From NCBI GenBank assembly GCA_964428315.1, contig CAYRXT010000013.1:1-62513 (forward strand): 62,513 bases of DNA, read 5' to 3'. The stretch's first letter is position 1. Each line of letters begins with the position of its first letter. This document shows positions 62,465 through 62,513 of the stretch, piece after piece. The position numbers and the translations under genes were made by a program. The notes under the pieces are model-generated. The model saw only the letters and a program-made list of their open reading frames with translations, was not told the origin of the DNA and did no database searches. The DNA comes from an uncultured Planctomycetales bacterium. GTDB taxonomy: Bacteria > Omnitrophota > Gorgyraeia > Zapsychrales > CAYRXT01.

Positions 62465-62513
62465 TAGTGACAAAAGTAACATGAAAGAAAAATGACAAAA
62501 AAATAGATTTTGT

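Noticed and set aside
1-62513. Alternative genetic code (stop reassignment) as the explanation for the giant frame.
   Set aside because: The ORF track uses the standard stops, and the other five frames show normal stop density. The embedded genes end in TGA or TAA, and the giant frame itself ends TGA-TAG-TGA. Reassignment would not remove stops from just one frame.
1-62513. Autonomous mobile element (IS/transposon/integrase) or RNA genes.
   Set aside because: I saw no transposase-, integrase- or RT-like translation in any frame. There is no tRNA-like cloverleaf and no rRNA-like conserved stretch. The PR elements are non-autonomous at best.

Overview
The window is dominated by one uninterrupted + strand reading frame (frame 2). 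It is stop-free from nt 2 to a TGA-TAG-TGA triple stop at 62462-62470. The tracked ORF is 197..62464 (20,755 codons). Its 5' end is not reached, and the window itself begins inside a repeat. Every protein domain I can recognise lies in this frame. These include polytopic membrane segments, a sigma-70-like factor, a guanylate-kinase-like P-loop, six transglutaminase-like Cys-His modules with TPR arrays, and HExxH modules. There is also a BNR propeller-FN3-CARDB-LamG-glycosidase block, a subtilase-FG-GAP block, three beta-helix units, a CHAT-like His/Cys dyad, an FBPase-like domain, a RelA/SpoT-like domain and a C-terminal membrane domain. The same frame also runs through sequence that looks non-coding or is coded otherwise. 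This includes ~260-bp palindromic interspersed repeats that are always in the same phase, terminator-like hairpins, and three internal sorting domains of a type that is normally C-terminal. It also includes a frame-1 small gene with a perfect SD, and three minus-strand toxin-antitoxin cassettes (PIN, HicAB, DUF433/DUF5615/CopG-like). Each cassette has its own TTGnnn-17-TATATT promoter. My best reading is a giant mosaic gene of the kind reported from Omnitrophota-type metagenomes, or a stop-less polyprotein locus under selection for frame continuity. Assembly and expression need validation. I saw no rRNA, tRNA, CRISPR array or transposase.
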